From: Gammaproteobacteria bacterium
GTDB taxonomy: Bacteria; Pseudomonadota; Gammaproteobacteria; Steroidobacterales; Rariloculaceae
Direction: 5' to 3'
Assembly: GCA_036555065.1 (NCBI GenBank)
Contig: DATBLZ010000166.1
Location: 9,043 to 73,042, forward strand
Length of the DNA: 64,000 nucleotides
Shown here: positions 1 to 9,745 of the stretch, one piece after another
Numbering within the stretch: the first letter of the stretch is position 1
Layout of the letters: each line of letters starts with the position of its first letter
The notes under the pieces: model-generated
The model's database searches: none
The model's input: only the letters and a program-made list of their open reading frames with translations
What the model was told of the DNA's origin: nothing
Translations under genes and position numbers: made by a program

Positions 1-444
1 GTGAAAGCAACCACGGTCAACGGCGACGAGATCCGACTCGAAGGATTGACCGGCGATCACGAGCTCGCTAACCACAATGGCGACATCATCGGCATCGACC
101 TGAACGGCTCCGCGGTCGTAACGAGTCAAAATGGCGACATCGATATGTCGTTCTTGCAGCCCGCGGCCGGTAAGACGATGTCGTTCAGCTCATTCAACGG
201 CGACATCGAGGTCGGGTTTCCGCCGACGCTCGCAGCGGACTTGCGCGTCAACGCCGGCCGCGGCGACGTCTATACGGACTTCGACGTGCAGCTCCAACCG
301 CAATCGTCGGTCGTCGAGGAAGGCGGCGAGCGCGGGCGGAAGCAGATTCGCTTCGAGCGCGAGATGCGTCTCTTGGTCGGCGGCGGCGGGCCGGAGATAC
401 AGTTCAAGACGTTCAACGGCGACATCGTGATCCGGAAACGCTGA
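1..444 (+). CDS. DUF4097-like repeat protein (putative adhesin/beta-helix), C-terminal fragment; gene continues upstream of window
   Basis: Frame is open from base 1 to TGA 442-444. Periodic NGD(I/E/V) motifs (NGDEI, NGDII, NGDID, NGDIE, GRGDV, NGDIV) are typical of DUF4097 repeats. Confidence 0.6.
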   Translation: MKATTVNGDEIRLEGLTGDHELANHNGDIIGIDLNGSAVVTSQNGDIDMSFLQPAAGKTMSFSSFNGDIEVGFPPTLAADLRVNAGRGDVYTDFDVQLQPQSSVVEEGGERGRKQIRFEREMRLLVGGGGPEIQFKTFNGDIVIRKR

Positions 445-665
445 GGGTCGGGCGGGCGCTAAGGGGTCAGCGCCGACGCTCACATTTCGCTGTCGAGCAG
501 CACCTCGGCCGATTCGCCGGACCTCGCCGAGGTCCTTGAGGCCGACGTTTCCGGCCGCGACCTGGTAGCCCTCTGGCGTCCTTTCCAACCGCAGCCTACG
601 ATCTTTGGCGACGGAAAAGCCTTTTCCGGCCGTCTAACCGAGGAAAGGAGACGCGTCATCGACCC

Positions 666-1304
666 GTGGCAGAGACGACACTCAATTTGGATGACTGGCG
701 CCTCGTAAAGCGCCTGCTCGCGCACGAGCGCGAGGCATTCAACGAATTCTTCGACGGGTACTTCCCGCGGCTCTATCGCTTCGCGCATGCCCGACTAAAC
801 GACGATCCGGAGACAGTGAAAGAAATCGTGCACGTCACGCTGAGCAAAGCCATCCGCAACCTAAGCCGCTATCGCGGCGAAGCGGCGTTGTTCACATGGC
901 TCTGCTCGATCTGCCGTAACGCCATCAGCGATCACCTCGAGCACCGGGCCAAAGAGCGTCAAGTTATCGTGTTAGTCGAAGACTTTCCGGACGTGAGGGC
1001 CGCAGTCGACTCCGTGACGGCGCCCGCGATCGACGAGCCGGAAGCGAACTTCGGCCGAACGCAAGCGGCACGCCTCATTCAAGTGGCGCTCGATCGGCTG
1101 CCGACTCGCTACGGCGATGCCTTGGAATGGAAATACATCTACGGCTTCACTACCGAGGAAGTCGCCGCGAAACTCGGTGTCGGCGCCGAAGCGGCGCAGT
1201 CTTTGCTCGCACGGGCCAAACGCGCGTTCCAGGAAGTCTATACGGCTCTGACAGACGGTATGGCTGCGCATGAGGCCGACATGGCCAACGGGGAGCGTGC
1301 ATGA
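666..1304 (+). CDS. ECF-type RNA polymerase sigma-70 family factor
   Basis: 212 aa with a GTG start. Sigma region 2 (FNEFFDGYFPRLYRFAHARL) and region 4 HTH (YGFTTEEVAAKLGVGAEAAQSLLARAKRAF) are present. The stop overlaps the next start (ATGA at 1301-1304). Confidence 0.9.
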   Translation: MAETTLNLDDWRLVKRLLAHEREAFNEFFDGYFPRLYRFAHARLNDDPETVKEIVHVTLSKAIRNLSRYRGEAALFTWLCSICRNAISDHLEHRAKERQVIVLVEDFPDVRAAVDSVTAPAIDEPEANFGRTQAARLIQVALDRLPTRYGDALEWKYIYGFTTEEVAAKLGVGAEAAQSLLARAKRAFQEVYTALTDGMAAHEADMANGERA

Positions 1305-2275
1305 GCCAAGAGCAGGACCGAGCCTTCGAACAGCTGTTCCGGCACGCGGCGCCGCGGCCGCATCCTCCCCTCGAAATCGAGCGGGAAGTTAAGGCGGCGC
1401 TGCTCGAAGAATGGGATGCCGTCGCCGGGCGCCGGGTGAGGTGGCGCCGCACGGGGTTCGTTGCCGCCGCAGTCGCATTGATCGCCGTCACGGTAGGAGT
1501 TCTTCTCAACGTCGGCGTCGCGCCTGATGCGGTCGTCGTCGCGCGCGTCGAGCGCGTTTCCGGGGAAGTGACCAGCGGGGACGAGCGCTCGCCGAATCGC
1601 CTCGTTCTCGGCGGGGTCGTGACATCCGGCGCAATCGTGTCGACCGGACAAGGGCAAATAGCGCTCCGGCTCAGCGACGGAGGCTCGCTGCGGCTCGCTC
1701 CCGGCACGCGGCTTACGATGGTGTCGGCGCGCGAGACCGATGTCGCTACTGGCATGTTGTACTTCGATTCCGAGCGCGGGACGGCTGCGCCTGCCGCGAC
1801 GCAAGTCGTCGTGCGCACGCCGGCCGGCATCGTGCGCGACGTCGGCACGCAATTCTTAGTGCGGCTCGACGGCGATCGGCTCGACGTCGGCGTCCGCGAC
1901 GGCCAGGTGGCGCTGACGCACAGCGATGGAATCGCGAACGCCGGCGCAGGTGAGCGCTTGATCGTCGATGTTCGATCGGACCGCCTCCAGCGCGGCTCCA
2001 TCGATTCGGTCGGCGCGGAATGGGAGTGGGCGGAAGCCCTCGCGCCGCCGTACGAAATCGAGGGTAGTCGCCTTTCCGACTTCTTGGATTGGGTCGCGGC
2101 GCAAACCGGCCGAAACGTCGCCTATGTCGACGCCAACGCGGAAGCCATCGCGCGCCAGACGACGCTGCGCGGCTCGATAGACCTCGACCCCATGTCGAAG
2201 CTCGCCGCCGTGCTCGCAACGACCGACCTCACGTACACGCTCGAGGGCGCGACCATCCTAATCGGCGTGAAGTAG
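1301..2275 (+). CDS. FecR-family transmembrane anti-sigma factor
   Basis: 324 aa with a single TM segment (GFVAAAVALIAVTVGVLL) and a FecR-like periplasmic region. The C-terminal module (DFLDWVAAQTGRNVAYVD...ATILIGVK) is STN-like. Translationally coupled to the ECF sigma gene. Confidence 0.8.
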   Translation: MSQEQDRAFEQLFRHAAPRPHPPLEIEREVKAALLEEWDAVAGRRVRWRRTGFVAAAVALIAVTVGVLLNVGVAPDAVVVARVERVSGEVTSGDERSPNRLVLGGVVTSGAIVSTGQGQIALRLSDGGSLRLAPGTRLTMVSARETDVATGMLYFDSERGTAAPAATQVVVRTPAGIVRDVGTQFLVRLDGDRLDVGVRDGQVALTHSDGIANAGAGERLIVDVRSDRLQRGSIDSVGAEWEWAEALAPPYEIEGSRLSDFLDWVAAQTGRNVAYVDANAEAIARQTTLRGSIDLDPMSKLAAVLATTDLTYTLEGATILIGVK

Positions 2276-2380
2276 AAGGGCGCGTCCGAGGCCGGCCCCG
2301 CAAGCTAGCACGCCTGCGGCGCGGACCTCGCTCGTCGCGTACAATCCTCGGTCAACGCGGGTCCTGTCGATCGATGCTAC

Positions 2381-4930
2381 GTGACGCCCTGGCGCCGTCT
2401 GCTGATTCCGATGCTAATGGCGTGCGCAGCGAATCTTGCGGCGCCGGGAGCGGCGGCCCAGCCTGCCTCGAGCTATCGCGGCCGGACAGTCCAGGAGGTC
2501 ATCGACGAGCTGCGCGCGCACGGCGCGCCCATCATTTACAGCACGAACCTGCTGTCCGCGGACCTACGTGTTCTCGACGCGCCGACGACCACTGAGCCCC
2601 TGGCGTTAGCGCGTGAGATCCTCGCGCCGCACGGGCTCACGATCGATGCCCGCGACGGCCTTTGGCTCGTTGTGCGCGACCCGAATGCCCCGGCGCAACG
2701 GACGAGCCGCGTGACGGTCGCTGTGGTCGATGCAGGCGGGACGCCGCTCGCCGACTCGACCGTGTGGCTCGATTCTATTGACGGGGAGCGCCGAATTGCG
2801 GTCGAAGGCAAAGCGCAGTTCGACGCCGTGCCGGCTGGCCGGCACGTCTTCCGCGCCCAGGCGCCGGGTTACGCACGCGGGCAAGCCGTGCTCGAGGTCC
2901 GCGCCGGGGCTTCGCAAACCGTCACGGTCGCGCTACTCGAAGCGGTTGAGCCGCCTGCGCTCGATGAGCTCCTCGTGACTGCGAGCCGCTACGACGTCGC
3001 GAACCAAGTCCCGCCGTCAGGCGCCTTCTTTACGCGTGAAGAAATCGAGAACCTGTCCGATCTCGGCGACGATCCGTTGCGCGTCACGCACCGGCTTCCG
3101 GGCATCGCCGCGGGTGACTGGTCGGCACGTTCGTACGTACGCGGCGGGGATCGAAACGAAATGGCCATCTTCTTCGACGGCATGGAGCTCATCGAGCCGT
3201 TCCATTTTCGCGACTATCAAGGCCTCTTTAGCACCATCGACCCGCGCGTCGTGTCCGGGATGCAGATCTATTCGGGCGGGTTCCCCGTCGCCTATGGCGG
3301 CGCCCTCAGCGGTCTTTCGATCATCGACGCGCGCATGCCGACGGAGCCGTTGCAGCACGAGATCGGTCTGAGCTTCTTGCTCACGTCGCTGTTGTCGAGC
3401 GGCACGTTTGCCGATGGACGCGCGGAGTGGGTGGCATCGGCGCGTCGCGGCAATATCGATCGATGGCTCAAGGACGAGCGGGGTGAGCCGAGCTACCGCG
3501 ATCTCTATGTGCACGTTGCGGGCACAGTCGGCAAACACCGGCTTGCATTCAACGCCCTCAACTACGACGACGATATCCTGCTGATTCCCGAGGATGATCC
3601 CGCCGACCTCGAGAGCTCCGTGAGCGAAAGCGACGCGACGCAGCTGTGGCTGCGTATCGACAGCGACTGGACGGATGACCTGTCGGGCACGACGGTCGTG
3701 TCGTCGACGCAATTCAGCAACGAGCGTACCGGCCTCGTGAGCAACCAGGGGCAAATCGCCGGCGCCGCCACGGACCACCGCCGCCTCGAGGGGATCGGCC
3801 TGCGCCAGGATTGGCAGCTCGATCTTACGGACCGCCAGCTTCTGACGTGGGGCTTCGAGATCCGCGAGCTCGATGCCGAATACGACTATGCCAGCCGCGT
3901 CGACGTCCTCGATTCGCTTGCCGCGCTCAACCCGGGCACCGGCACGAGCCAAGCCGCATATCGATTGCGGCCAGGCGGCCATAGCCGTAGCGTTTATTTC
4001 TCCGACCGTATTCGGTTCACGGACCGGCTCGTTGCGGACCTCGGCGTACGCTGGGATAAGCAGACTTACTTGCCTCCAGACGCAGATGAGCAAATTAGCG
4101 GTCGGTCGAGCCTCTTGTACCAACTCGCGCCGGCGACGGACCTGAGGTTGAGCTACGGCCGGTTCTTTCAAGCCGAAGGCTTGATCGAGCTGCAAGTGGA
4201 GGACGGCGTAGTCGATTTTTCGCCGGCCCAGGACGCCTCGCACGCAATCGTGAGCGTCGAGCATCGCTTTGCCAGTGACGTGATGCTGCGCGGGGAAGTA
4301 TTCGAGAAGATCACGCGCAGCCCGCGGCCTCGCTACGAAAATCTGTTTGATCCGTTCGTCGTGCTGCCCGAGCTGCGGCCCGGGCGCGTCCGCATTGCGC
4401 CGGAGCGCGGTGAGTCGCAGGGCGTGGAGATACTCGCGATCGGGCAAGAGCCGCTGAGCTGGTGGGCGGCTTACACTTGGTCGGAGGCTAACGACATCAT
4501 CGACGGCCGGCCTGTGCCGCGCAGTTGGGATCAACGCCATTCGTTGAGCGGCGGCGTGACATGGAACATGCGGCAGTGGACCATGTCCGCGAGCGCGACC
4601 TATCACACCGGCTGGCCGACGACGGACCTTTCGCTCGAGACCGTTGAGCTGCCGAACGGTAGTGCCGCCACGGTCCTCGCGTTGGGCGAGCGCAATGCGC
4701 AGTCGTTTGCGCCGTTCAGCCGCGTCGATTTCGCGACGAGCCGAGTCGTCAGCGCTGGCCACGGCACGGTCAAGTTCTTCGTCGAGGTCACGAACTTGCT
4801 CGATCGCGCCAATCCATGCTGCGTCGAGTTCGAGGTGGTTTCGACGCCCGGCGGCGCACCGGCGCTCAAGCGCAGCGAGGACTATTGGCTGCCCGCCACG
4901 CTCAACGCCGGCGTCCTCTGGGAGTTCTGA
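2381..4930 (+). CDS. TonB-dependent receptor/transducer with N-terminal STN signalling domain and CarboxypepD_reg-like domain
   Basis: 849 aa with signal peptide (LMACAANLAAPGAAAQ). An STN-like segment (YRGRTVQEVIDELRAHGAPIIYS) is followed by an Ig-like segment (VTVAVVDAGGTPLADSTVWL...VTVALLE). Plug region (LVTASRYDV...DLGDDPLRV) and a long beta-barrel ending in the aromatic terminus LNAGVLWEF. Confidence 0.85.
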   Translation: MTPWRRLLIPMLMACAANLAAPGAAAQPASSYRGRTVQEVIDELRAHGAPIIYSTNLLSADLRVLDAPTTTEPLALAREILAPHGLTIDARDGLWLVVRDPNAPAQRTSRVTVAVVDAGGTPLADSTVWLDSIDGERRIAVEGKAQFDAVPAGRHVFRAQAPGYARGQAVLEVRAGASQTVTVALLEAVEPPALDELLVTASRYDVANQVPPSGAFFTREEIENLSDLGDDPLRVTHRLPGIAAGDWSARSYVRGGDRNEMAIFFDGMELIEPFHFRDYQGLFSTIDPRVVSGMQIYSGGFPVAYGGALSGLSIIDARMPTEPLQHEIGLSFLLTSLLSSGTFADGRAEWVASARRGNIDRWLKDERGEPSYRDLYVHVAGTVGKHRLAFNALNYDDDILLIPEDDPADLESSVSESDATQLWLRIDSDWTDDLSGTTVVSSTQFSNERTGLVSNQGQIAGAATDHRRLEGIGLRQDWQLDLTDRQLLTWGFEIRELDAEYDYASRVDVLDSLAALNPGTGTSQAAYRLRPGGHSRSVYFSDRIRFTDRLVADLGVRWDKQTYLPPDADEQISGRSSLLYQLAPATDLRLSYGRFFQAEGLIELQVEDGVVDFSPAQDASHAIVSVEHRFASDVMLRGEVFEKITRSPRPRYENLFDPFVVLPELRPGRVRIAPERGESQGVEILAIGQEPLSWWAAYTWSEANDIIDGRPVPRSWDQRHSLSGGVTWNMRQWTMSASATYHTGWPTTDLSLETVELPNGSAATVLALGERNAQSFAPFSRVDFATSRVVSAGHGTVKFFVEVTNLLDRANPCCVEFEVVSTPGGAPALKRSEDYWLPATLNAGVLWEF

Positions 4931-5033
4931 GCCCCCGCCGAGTAGCCCCCCGGCCGAGACCTCATCAGCATTGCGACCTTTTTTTGGCTCGCCGCCGTCT
5001 AACGCGGTAAGCTATCGACCCTGGGGGCGACGT

Positions 5034-5771
5034 ATGGCAACCGGCCGCACTGAAGACCGGGTATTTCGTCATCAACTCGAGCAGGTCAGCGACTTCGCGT
5101 TCAACGACGCCGTGGCGGCCGTGTTCGACGACATGGTTTCCCGGAGCGTGCCTTTCTATGCGGAGATTCAGCGCATGCTCGCGGAGCTCGCAAGCGCCTT
5201 CGCGACCGAGGGCTCGAACATTTATGACCTCGGTTGCTCGACGGGTACGACACTAACGCTGCTGCACGAGTCGCTTCCCGTGCGGGCGCACCTTTGCGGC
5301 GTCGACTATTCGGCCGACATGCTCGCGCAGTGTCGCGAAAAGTTGGCAGCGCGGGGCTTGGAAGGCGCGATCGAGCTGCGTCAAGCCGATCTCGATGAAG
5401 GCGTGCAGGTCGAAAACGCATCGGTCGTCATGCTCATTTTGACGCTCATGTTCGTTCGGCCGCTGAACCGGGAAAAACTCATCCGCAGCATTCACGCGGG
5501 CCTCAACGAGAACGGCTGCCTGCTGGTGGTCGAGAAAGTGCTCGGCGACGGGTCTCTCTTCAACCGGTTGTTTATCGAGCGCTACTATGAGTTCAAGCGG
5601 CGCATGGGTTACAGCGAGCTCGAGATCACTCAGAAACGTGAGGCTCTCGAGAACATCCTCGTCCCTTATCGACTCCAAGAGAACCGTGATTTGCTGTTGG
5701 GCGCCGGCTTTCGCGAAGTCGAGGTGTTTTTCAAGTGGTACAACTTTGCCGCGTTCGTGGCCGTCAAGTGA
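5034..5771 (+). CDS. cmoA: carboxy-S-adenosyl-L-methionine synthase (CmoA family)
   Basis: 245 aa from ATG 5034; the ORF-track start at 4644 is an Arg/Ser-rich upstream extension. CmoA-type motifs: FNDAVAAVFDDMVSRSVPFY, YDLGCSTG (SAM motif I) and GYSELEITQKREALENIL. Confidence 0.85.
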   Translation: MATGRTEDRVFRHQLEQVSDFAFNDAVAAVFDDMVSRSVPFYAEIQRMLAELASAFATEGSNIYDLGCSTGTTLTLLHESLPVRAHLCGVDYSADMLAQCREKLAARGLEGAIELRQADLDEGVQVENASVVMLILTLMFVRPLNREKLIRSIHAGLNENGCLLVVEKVLGDGSLFNRLFIERYYEFKRRMGYSELEITQKREALENILVPYRLQENRDLLLGAGFREVEVFFKWYNFAAFVAVK

Positions 5772-6490
5772 TGGTCGCGCTCGGCAATTTCTTCTTTCGG
5801 TTTCGCACGACGCTCTCGCCGTTTCTGCTCCTGTTTCTGTTGCTGCCCGGGCCCGCGATCTTCTCGGACCCGTTCCTTGCAGCCGTCGCCGGCTTGGTGC
5901 TTGCGTTCCTCGGGCAGGTCATCCGCGCGTCCACGATCGGGCTCGAGTACATCGTGCGCGGCGGCAGAAACCACCGGGTCTACGCGGATTCGCTCGTGAC
6001 CGAGGGGCTCTTTCGCCATACGCGAAACCCCATGTATGTCGGCAAGTTCTTCATGGTGCTTGGCGCCGGTGTCGCTGCGAATCGCTGGCCGGCAATGCTC
6101 GGCATCTCTGCGGCCTATACATTCATGTATAGCGCCGTCATCCGTGCGGAAGAGGCATACCTGCGGGAGAAATTCGGGCCGGTGTTCGACGAGTACGTTC
6201 GGCACGTGCCGCGTTGGCTGCCGCGTCTTCGCGGGCTTACACAAACGTTGTCGGAATCGCGATTCAATTGGCCGCGAGTGCTTCTCAAGGAGTACAGCGC
6301 GCCACTCGGATGGGCTCTGCCCATCGTGTTGATCGGTATATACAACCTGCGTCAAGCGCCCGGCGCCGACGGGCACCCCTATGCGACCGCGTCGTTGCTG
6401 AGCGTGCTCAGCCTGGTTCTCCTGTTCTGGGTCGTCGTGGGCTGGCTCAAAAAGTCGGGCTCTCCCGCCCTGCGGCTCACCGATAAATAG
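5771..6490 (+). CDS. polytopic membrane methyltransferase, ICMT/PEMT (Ste14p/LmtA-like) family
   Basis: 239 aa with several hydrophobic helices. Family signature LVTEGLFRHTRNPMYVGKFFMVLG followed by RAEEAYLREKFGPVFDEYVRHVPRWLP. ATG 5771 overlaps the cmoA stop (TGATG at 5769-5773). Confidence 0.75.
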   Translation: MVALGNFFFRFRTTLSPFLLLFLLLPGPAIFSDPFLAAVAGLVLAFLGQVIRASTIGLEYIVRGGRNHRVYADSLVTEGLFRHTRNPMYVGKFFMVLGAGVAANRWPAMLGISAAYTFMYSAVIRAEEAYLREKFGPVFDEYVRHVPRWLPRLRGLTQTLSESRFNWPRVLLKEYSAPLGWALPIVLIGIYNLRQAPGADGHPYATASLLSVLSLVLLFWVVVGWLKKSGSPALRLTDK

Positions 6491-6538
6491 GTCGTCATCG
6501 CGCGACCGGTTTCCTGCGCGTTTCCGTCCAACTTAATA

Positions 6539-7522
6539 ATGGGTATAGCCGATGTCCGCGCAGAGTCCACCGGGCGGTTGCTACGCACCTACTGGATGCC
6601 TCGTTACTGGTCGGCCTGGTGTTTGTGGCTTTGGCTGCGCGCCAGCGCCCTCGTATCGATCGACACGGCGCTGTGGGTTCATCGGCGGATCGGTCGAGGG
6701 CTCTACCGGGTTGCCCGCAAGCAGCGTCGCGTAGTGCTGCGCAACCTCGAGCTGTGCTTTCCCGAGCTTTCGTCGGTGGCGGTCAGAGCGCTCGCTAAAC
6801 GACACTTCGAAGCATTAGCAGCGTCGTTCGCGGAATGCGCCATCGCGTGGTTCGCGCCTGACGAGCGTCTCGACGGCCGCTTTGAGATCGTTGGGCTCGA
6901 GCATCTCGAGGCAGCGCTCGAGCGCCGTAAGGGAGTCATTCTTTATACGGGTCATTTCACGACACTCGAGATATGCGGGCGTCCGCTGAAGCACATCACG
7001 CCTCAGTTTGCTTGCCTGTTCAGTAGACGTAGCAATGCACTGCTCGAGGAAATTCAACGGCAAGGTCGAATGCGCATCGCCCATGAAAGCATCCGGAGCG
7101 ACGACGTGCGCGCGATGCTCCGTAGTCTCAAACGCAATGCGGTCGTTTGGTACGCGCCGGACCAGGTGTATCGCCGCGGGCAGCTCGTTCCGTTCTTTCA
7201 TGAGCTCGCGATGACGAACGTTGCGACCAGCAGACTGGCGCGGCTCAGCGGTGCGGCGGTAATCCCGTTCCGCTATCGTCGCCTTGACGGCCAGGGCCGG
7301 TACGAGCTGCAGTTCCATGCTCCCCTAGAAGACTTCCCGACCGACGACGCAATCCGCGACACACGCCGGCTCGTGGAGTGCCTGGAAGAGTTCATCCGCG
7401 CGTGCCCGGAGCAGTATCAATGGGCGCACAGGCGCTTCAGAGCCCGACCGCCTGAGCTCCCGGATCTCTACCGGACCGATCCGGCCCGGCGACGACCGGT
7501 TTCCACTGCTTCGGCGGTCTAA
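6539..7522 (+). CDS. lpxL: lipid A biosynthesis late (lauroyl/myristoyl) acyltransferase, LpxL/HtrB family
   Basis: 327 aa, collinear with E. coli LpxL by eye. Matching segments: PRYW N-terminal TM, NLELCFPE, HFTTLE (HX4E-type acyltransferase motif), VWYAPDQ and CPEQYQWAHRRFR. Confidence 0.85.
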   Translation: MGIADVRAESTGRLLRTYWMPRYWSAWCLWLWLRASALVSIDTALWVHRRIGRGLYRVARKQRRVVLRNLELCFPELSSVAVRALAKRHFEALAASFAECAIAWFAPDERLDGRFEIVGLEHLEAALERRKGVILYTGHFTTLEICGRPLKHITPQFACLFSRRSNALLEEIQRQGRMRIAHESIRSDDVRAMLRSLKRNAVVWYAPDQVYRRGQLVPFFHELAMTNVATSRLARLSGAAVIPFRYRRLDGQGRYELQFHAPLEDFPTDDAIRDTRRLVECLEEFIRACPEQYQWAHRRFRARPPELPDLYRTDPARRRPVSTASAV

Positions 7523-7579
7523 CGGTGATGATGGTCTTTGGGCTTCGCCATGGCCGTGCGGCGTAACTCGTTGGGCGAG

Positions 7580-8752
7580 ATGACGGTGAAGGTCCGCGCG
7601 AACGCGGAGTTTCTGCCTTTCTCGCGACCGTCGATTACTGCTGCAGACATCGCGGCCGTCACAGCCGTGCTCGAGTCCGGCTGGATCACTACGGGCAAGA
7701 TATGCCGCGAGCTCGAACAGCAGTTCGCGCATCTGACCGGGTGCAAGCACGCGGTCGCCATGACTTCCGCGACGGCCGGCATGCACCTTCTACTGCACGC
7801 GCTCGCGATCGGGCCGGGAGATGAGGTCATCACGCCGTCGATGACGTGGGTCTCGACGGTGAATCTGATCACTCTCGCCGGCGCGACTCCGGTCTTTGTC
7901 GACGTCGACCGGGAGACCCTCATGACGACGGCTGACCACGTCAAGGCCGCGCTCAGCGCGAGAACCAAACTGATCATTCCAGTCCATTTCGCCGGCGCGC
8001 CGCTCGATCTCGACTCGCTGCGTGCGGTTGCAGCCGAGCACGGCATTCCTTTGATCGAGGACGCGGCGCACGCGGCAGGTGCGCGATATCGCGAGCAGTC
8101 CGTAGGGCAGACCGGGACAGCGGTATTTTCGCTCCATCCGATCAAGAACCTCACGACCGGCGAAGGCGGAATCGTCTGCACGGACTCGGAGGCGCTCGCA
8201 TCCCGGGTGCGCATGCTCCGATTCCATGGGCTCAGGGCCGACTCGTTCCAACGCGAGACCCAAGGCCGTGCGCCGCAAGCAGAAGTCGTCGAGCCGGGGT
8301 TCAAGTACAACCTGCCCGATATGAACGCCGCGCTCGGCGTGAGCCAGCTCAAGCGTCTGTCGGCAATGAACCGCAGGCGTAAAGAGCTTGCCGATCACTA
8401 CCGGACGTTGCTCGCCGACGTGGACGGCATCGTCCCGCTCGGGCTCCCGTCCTACGAGCACGTGCACGCTTGGCATCTGTTCGTCGTGCGAGTCGTTGCC
8501 GAGGAAACGGGACTGAGCCGCGACGACTTCATGCTGCGCTTGAAGGAGCGGGGCATCGGCACGGGCTTGCATTTTCGCGCGGTACACACACACGCGTTCT
8601 ACCGCAAGCAAGGCCGAGCCCGCCACCCGTTGCCAAATACCGAGTGGAACTCGGACCGGATCTGCTCTCTACCGCTCTTTCCAGACATGGAAATCGCGGA
8701 TGTCGAGCGAGTTGTCGATGCAGTTCGCTCGATTCTGAAGGACCACGAGTAG
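7580..8752 (+). CDS. arnB: UDP-4-amino-4-deoxy-L-arabinose--oxoglutarate aminotransferase
   Basis: About 390 aa, DegT/DnrJ/EryC1 family. Near-collinear with E. coli ArnB ([41 protein letters not shown]). The start is uncertain between 7538, 7550 and 7580. Confidence 0.9.
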   Translation: MTVKVRANAEFLPFSRPSITAADIAAVTAVLESGWITTGKICRELEQQFAHLTGCKHAVAMTSATAGMHLLLHALAIGPGDEVITPSMTWVSTVNLITLAGATPVFVDVDRETLMTTADHVKAALSARTKLIIPVHFAGAPLDLDSLRAVAAEHGIPLIEDAAHAAGARYREQSVGQTGTAVFSLHPIKNLTTGEGGIVCTDSEALASRVRMLRFHGLRADSFQRETQGRAPQAEVVEPGFKYNLPDMNAALGVSQLKRLSAMNRRRKELADHYRTLLADVDGIVPLGLPSYEHVHAWHLFVVRVVAEETGLSRDDFMLRLKERGIGTGLHFRAVHTHAFYRKQGRARHPLPNTEWNSDRICSLPLFPDMEIADVERVVDAVRSILKDHE

Positions 8753-9745
8753 ATGAATACCCGTTGCGTTTCCATCGTTGTGCCGGTATTGAATGAATCG
8801 GCGAACCTTGCGGAGCTCATTCGTCGCTGCGTCGCCATGGGTGAAACGTTGCGGTGCGCCTTCGAGCTCATTCTCGTCGATGACGGCAGTACCGACAGCA
8901 CGCCCGCGATCGCTAGAGCAGCTTCCGACCGCGACCCCGCGCGCATCCTCGCCGTCATGTTGAACCGCAACTACGGCCAACACGCCGCCGTGATGGCCGG
9001 GTTTGCGCAAGCACGCGGGGACATCGTCGTGACGCTGGATGGCGATCTCCAGAATCCGCCCGAAGAGATTCCGCGGTTGATTGCCGGAATAGAGCAAGGC
9101 GCCGATATCGTGAGCGCCGTTCGACGCCAACGCGAGGATTCGTGGTTCCGCGTGGCTGCATCGCGTTTGATGAACGAGCTCATGTCCAAAGCGACCGGCG
9201 TCTACACGCGCGACTACGGATGCATGCTGCGCGCCTATCGACGCGATATTGTCGATGCGATGCTCGCGTGCAAGGAGCGGAGCCCCTATGTTCCAGCTCT
9301 CGCGAACAGTTTTGCCGGCCGCATCAGCGAGATCGTCGTCGACCACGCCGAGCGCCACGCAGGCGAATCGAAATACCGCACGTGGTCGCTCATCAATCTG
9401 TACTTCGACCTTCTCGTGAGCACGACGACGGCGCCACTACGCCTGCTCAGCATGATCGGCGGCGCGCTCGCGATCATTGGACTCCTGTTCGGAGCGTTGC
9501 TCTTCATCTTGCGGATCGTCTATGGGCCGGATTGGGCGGCGCAAGGCGTATTCACCATATTCGCTGTCCTCTTTTTCTTTCTCGGCGTCCAGCTCTTCGG
9601 CATGGGGCTGCTCGGCGAATACGTGGGACGCATCTCGAGAGACGTGCAGTCACGCCCGCGTTTCCTCGTCCGAGAGATCGTCGGAACGGGATGGCGAGAC
9701 CGTGGCGAATCCAGAGATGCGATCTTAAGAAAATGCGTGCCGTAG
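8753..9745 (+). CDS. arnC: undecaprenyl-phosphate 4-deoxy-4-formamido-L-arabinose transferase (GT2)
   Basis: 330 aa with GT2 motifs [18 protein letters not shown] and [12 protein letters not shown], plus two C-terminal TM helices. Sits in arn gene order. Confidence 0.9.
   Translation: MNTRCVSIVVPVLNESANLAELIRRCVAMGETLRCAFELILVDDGSTDSTPAIARAASDRDPARILAVMLNRNYGQHAAVMAGFAQARGDIVVTLDGDLQNPPEEIPRLIAGIEQGADIVSAVRRQREDSWFRVAASRLMNELMSKATGVYTRDYGCMLRAYRRDIVDAMLACKERSPYVPALANSFAGRISEIVVDHAERHAGESKYRTWSLINLYFDLLVSTTTAPLRLLSMIGGALAIIGLLFGALLFILRIVYGPDWAAQGVFTIFAVLFFFLGVQLFGMGLLGEYVGRISRDVQSRPRFLVREIVGTGWRDRGESRDAILRKCVP

Noticed and set aside
445-480. Hairpin GGCGCT-N8-AGCGCC after the DUF4097 gene as a terminator
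   Set aside because: The stem is short and no T-tract follows it. The support is too weak to annotate.
605-645. ECF-type autoregulatory promoter (GGAA...CGTCTAA) upstream of the sigma gene
   Set aside because: The -35-like GGAAAA and the CGTCTAA are only ~13 nt apart rather than 16-17. The -35 also lacks the AAC core. The match is not convincing.
3017-4762. 581-aa minus-strand ORF inside the TonB-dependent receptor gene
   Set aside because: A shadow ORF opposite a well-supported TBDR. The same reasoning applies to 20485-21741 and 21772-23343 (opposite purL). It also applies to 33344-34954 and 35272-36783 (opposite the TPR genes), 52545-54239 (opposite the oxidoreductase) and 17715-18740 (alternative frame of the CDF gene).
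6520-6540. Possible PmrA/BasR box (CTTAAT) upstream of lpxL/arn
   Set aside because: Only one CTTAAT half-site (in AACTTAATAAT) is present. No second half-site lies at the required 5-bp spacing.
9142-9732. Long N-terminal extensions in ORF-track calls (arnA from 9142; also cmoA from 4644, arnT from 12231, arnF from 14155, PQQ dehydrogenase to 26403, HAD from 42048, dehydratase from 50539, M2 peptidase from 55966)
   Set aside because: The extensions overlap upstream genes, are Arg/Pro-rich low-complexity, and precede internal starts where homology, signal peptides and RBSs begin. They simply reflect the absence of stop codons in GC-rich DNA.
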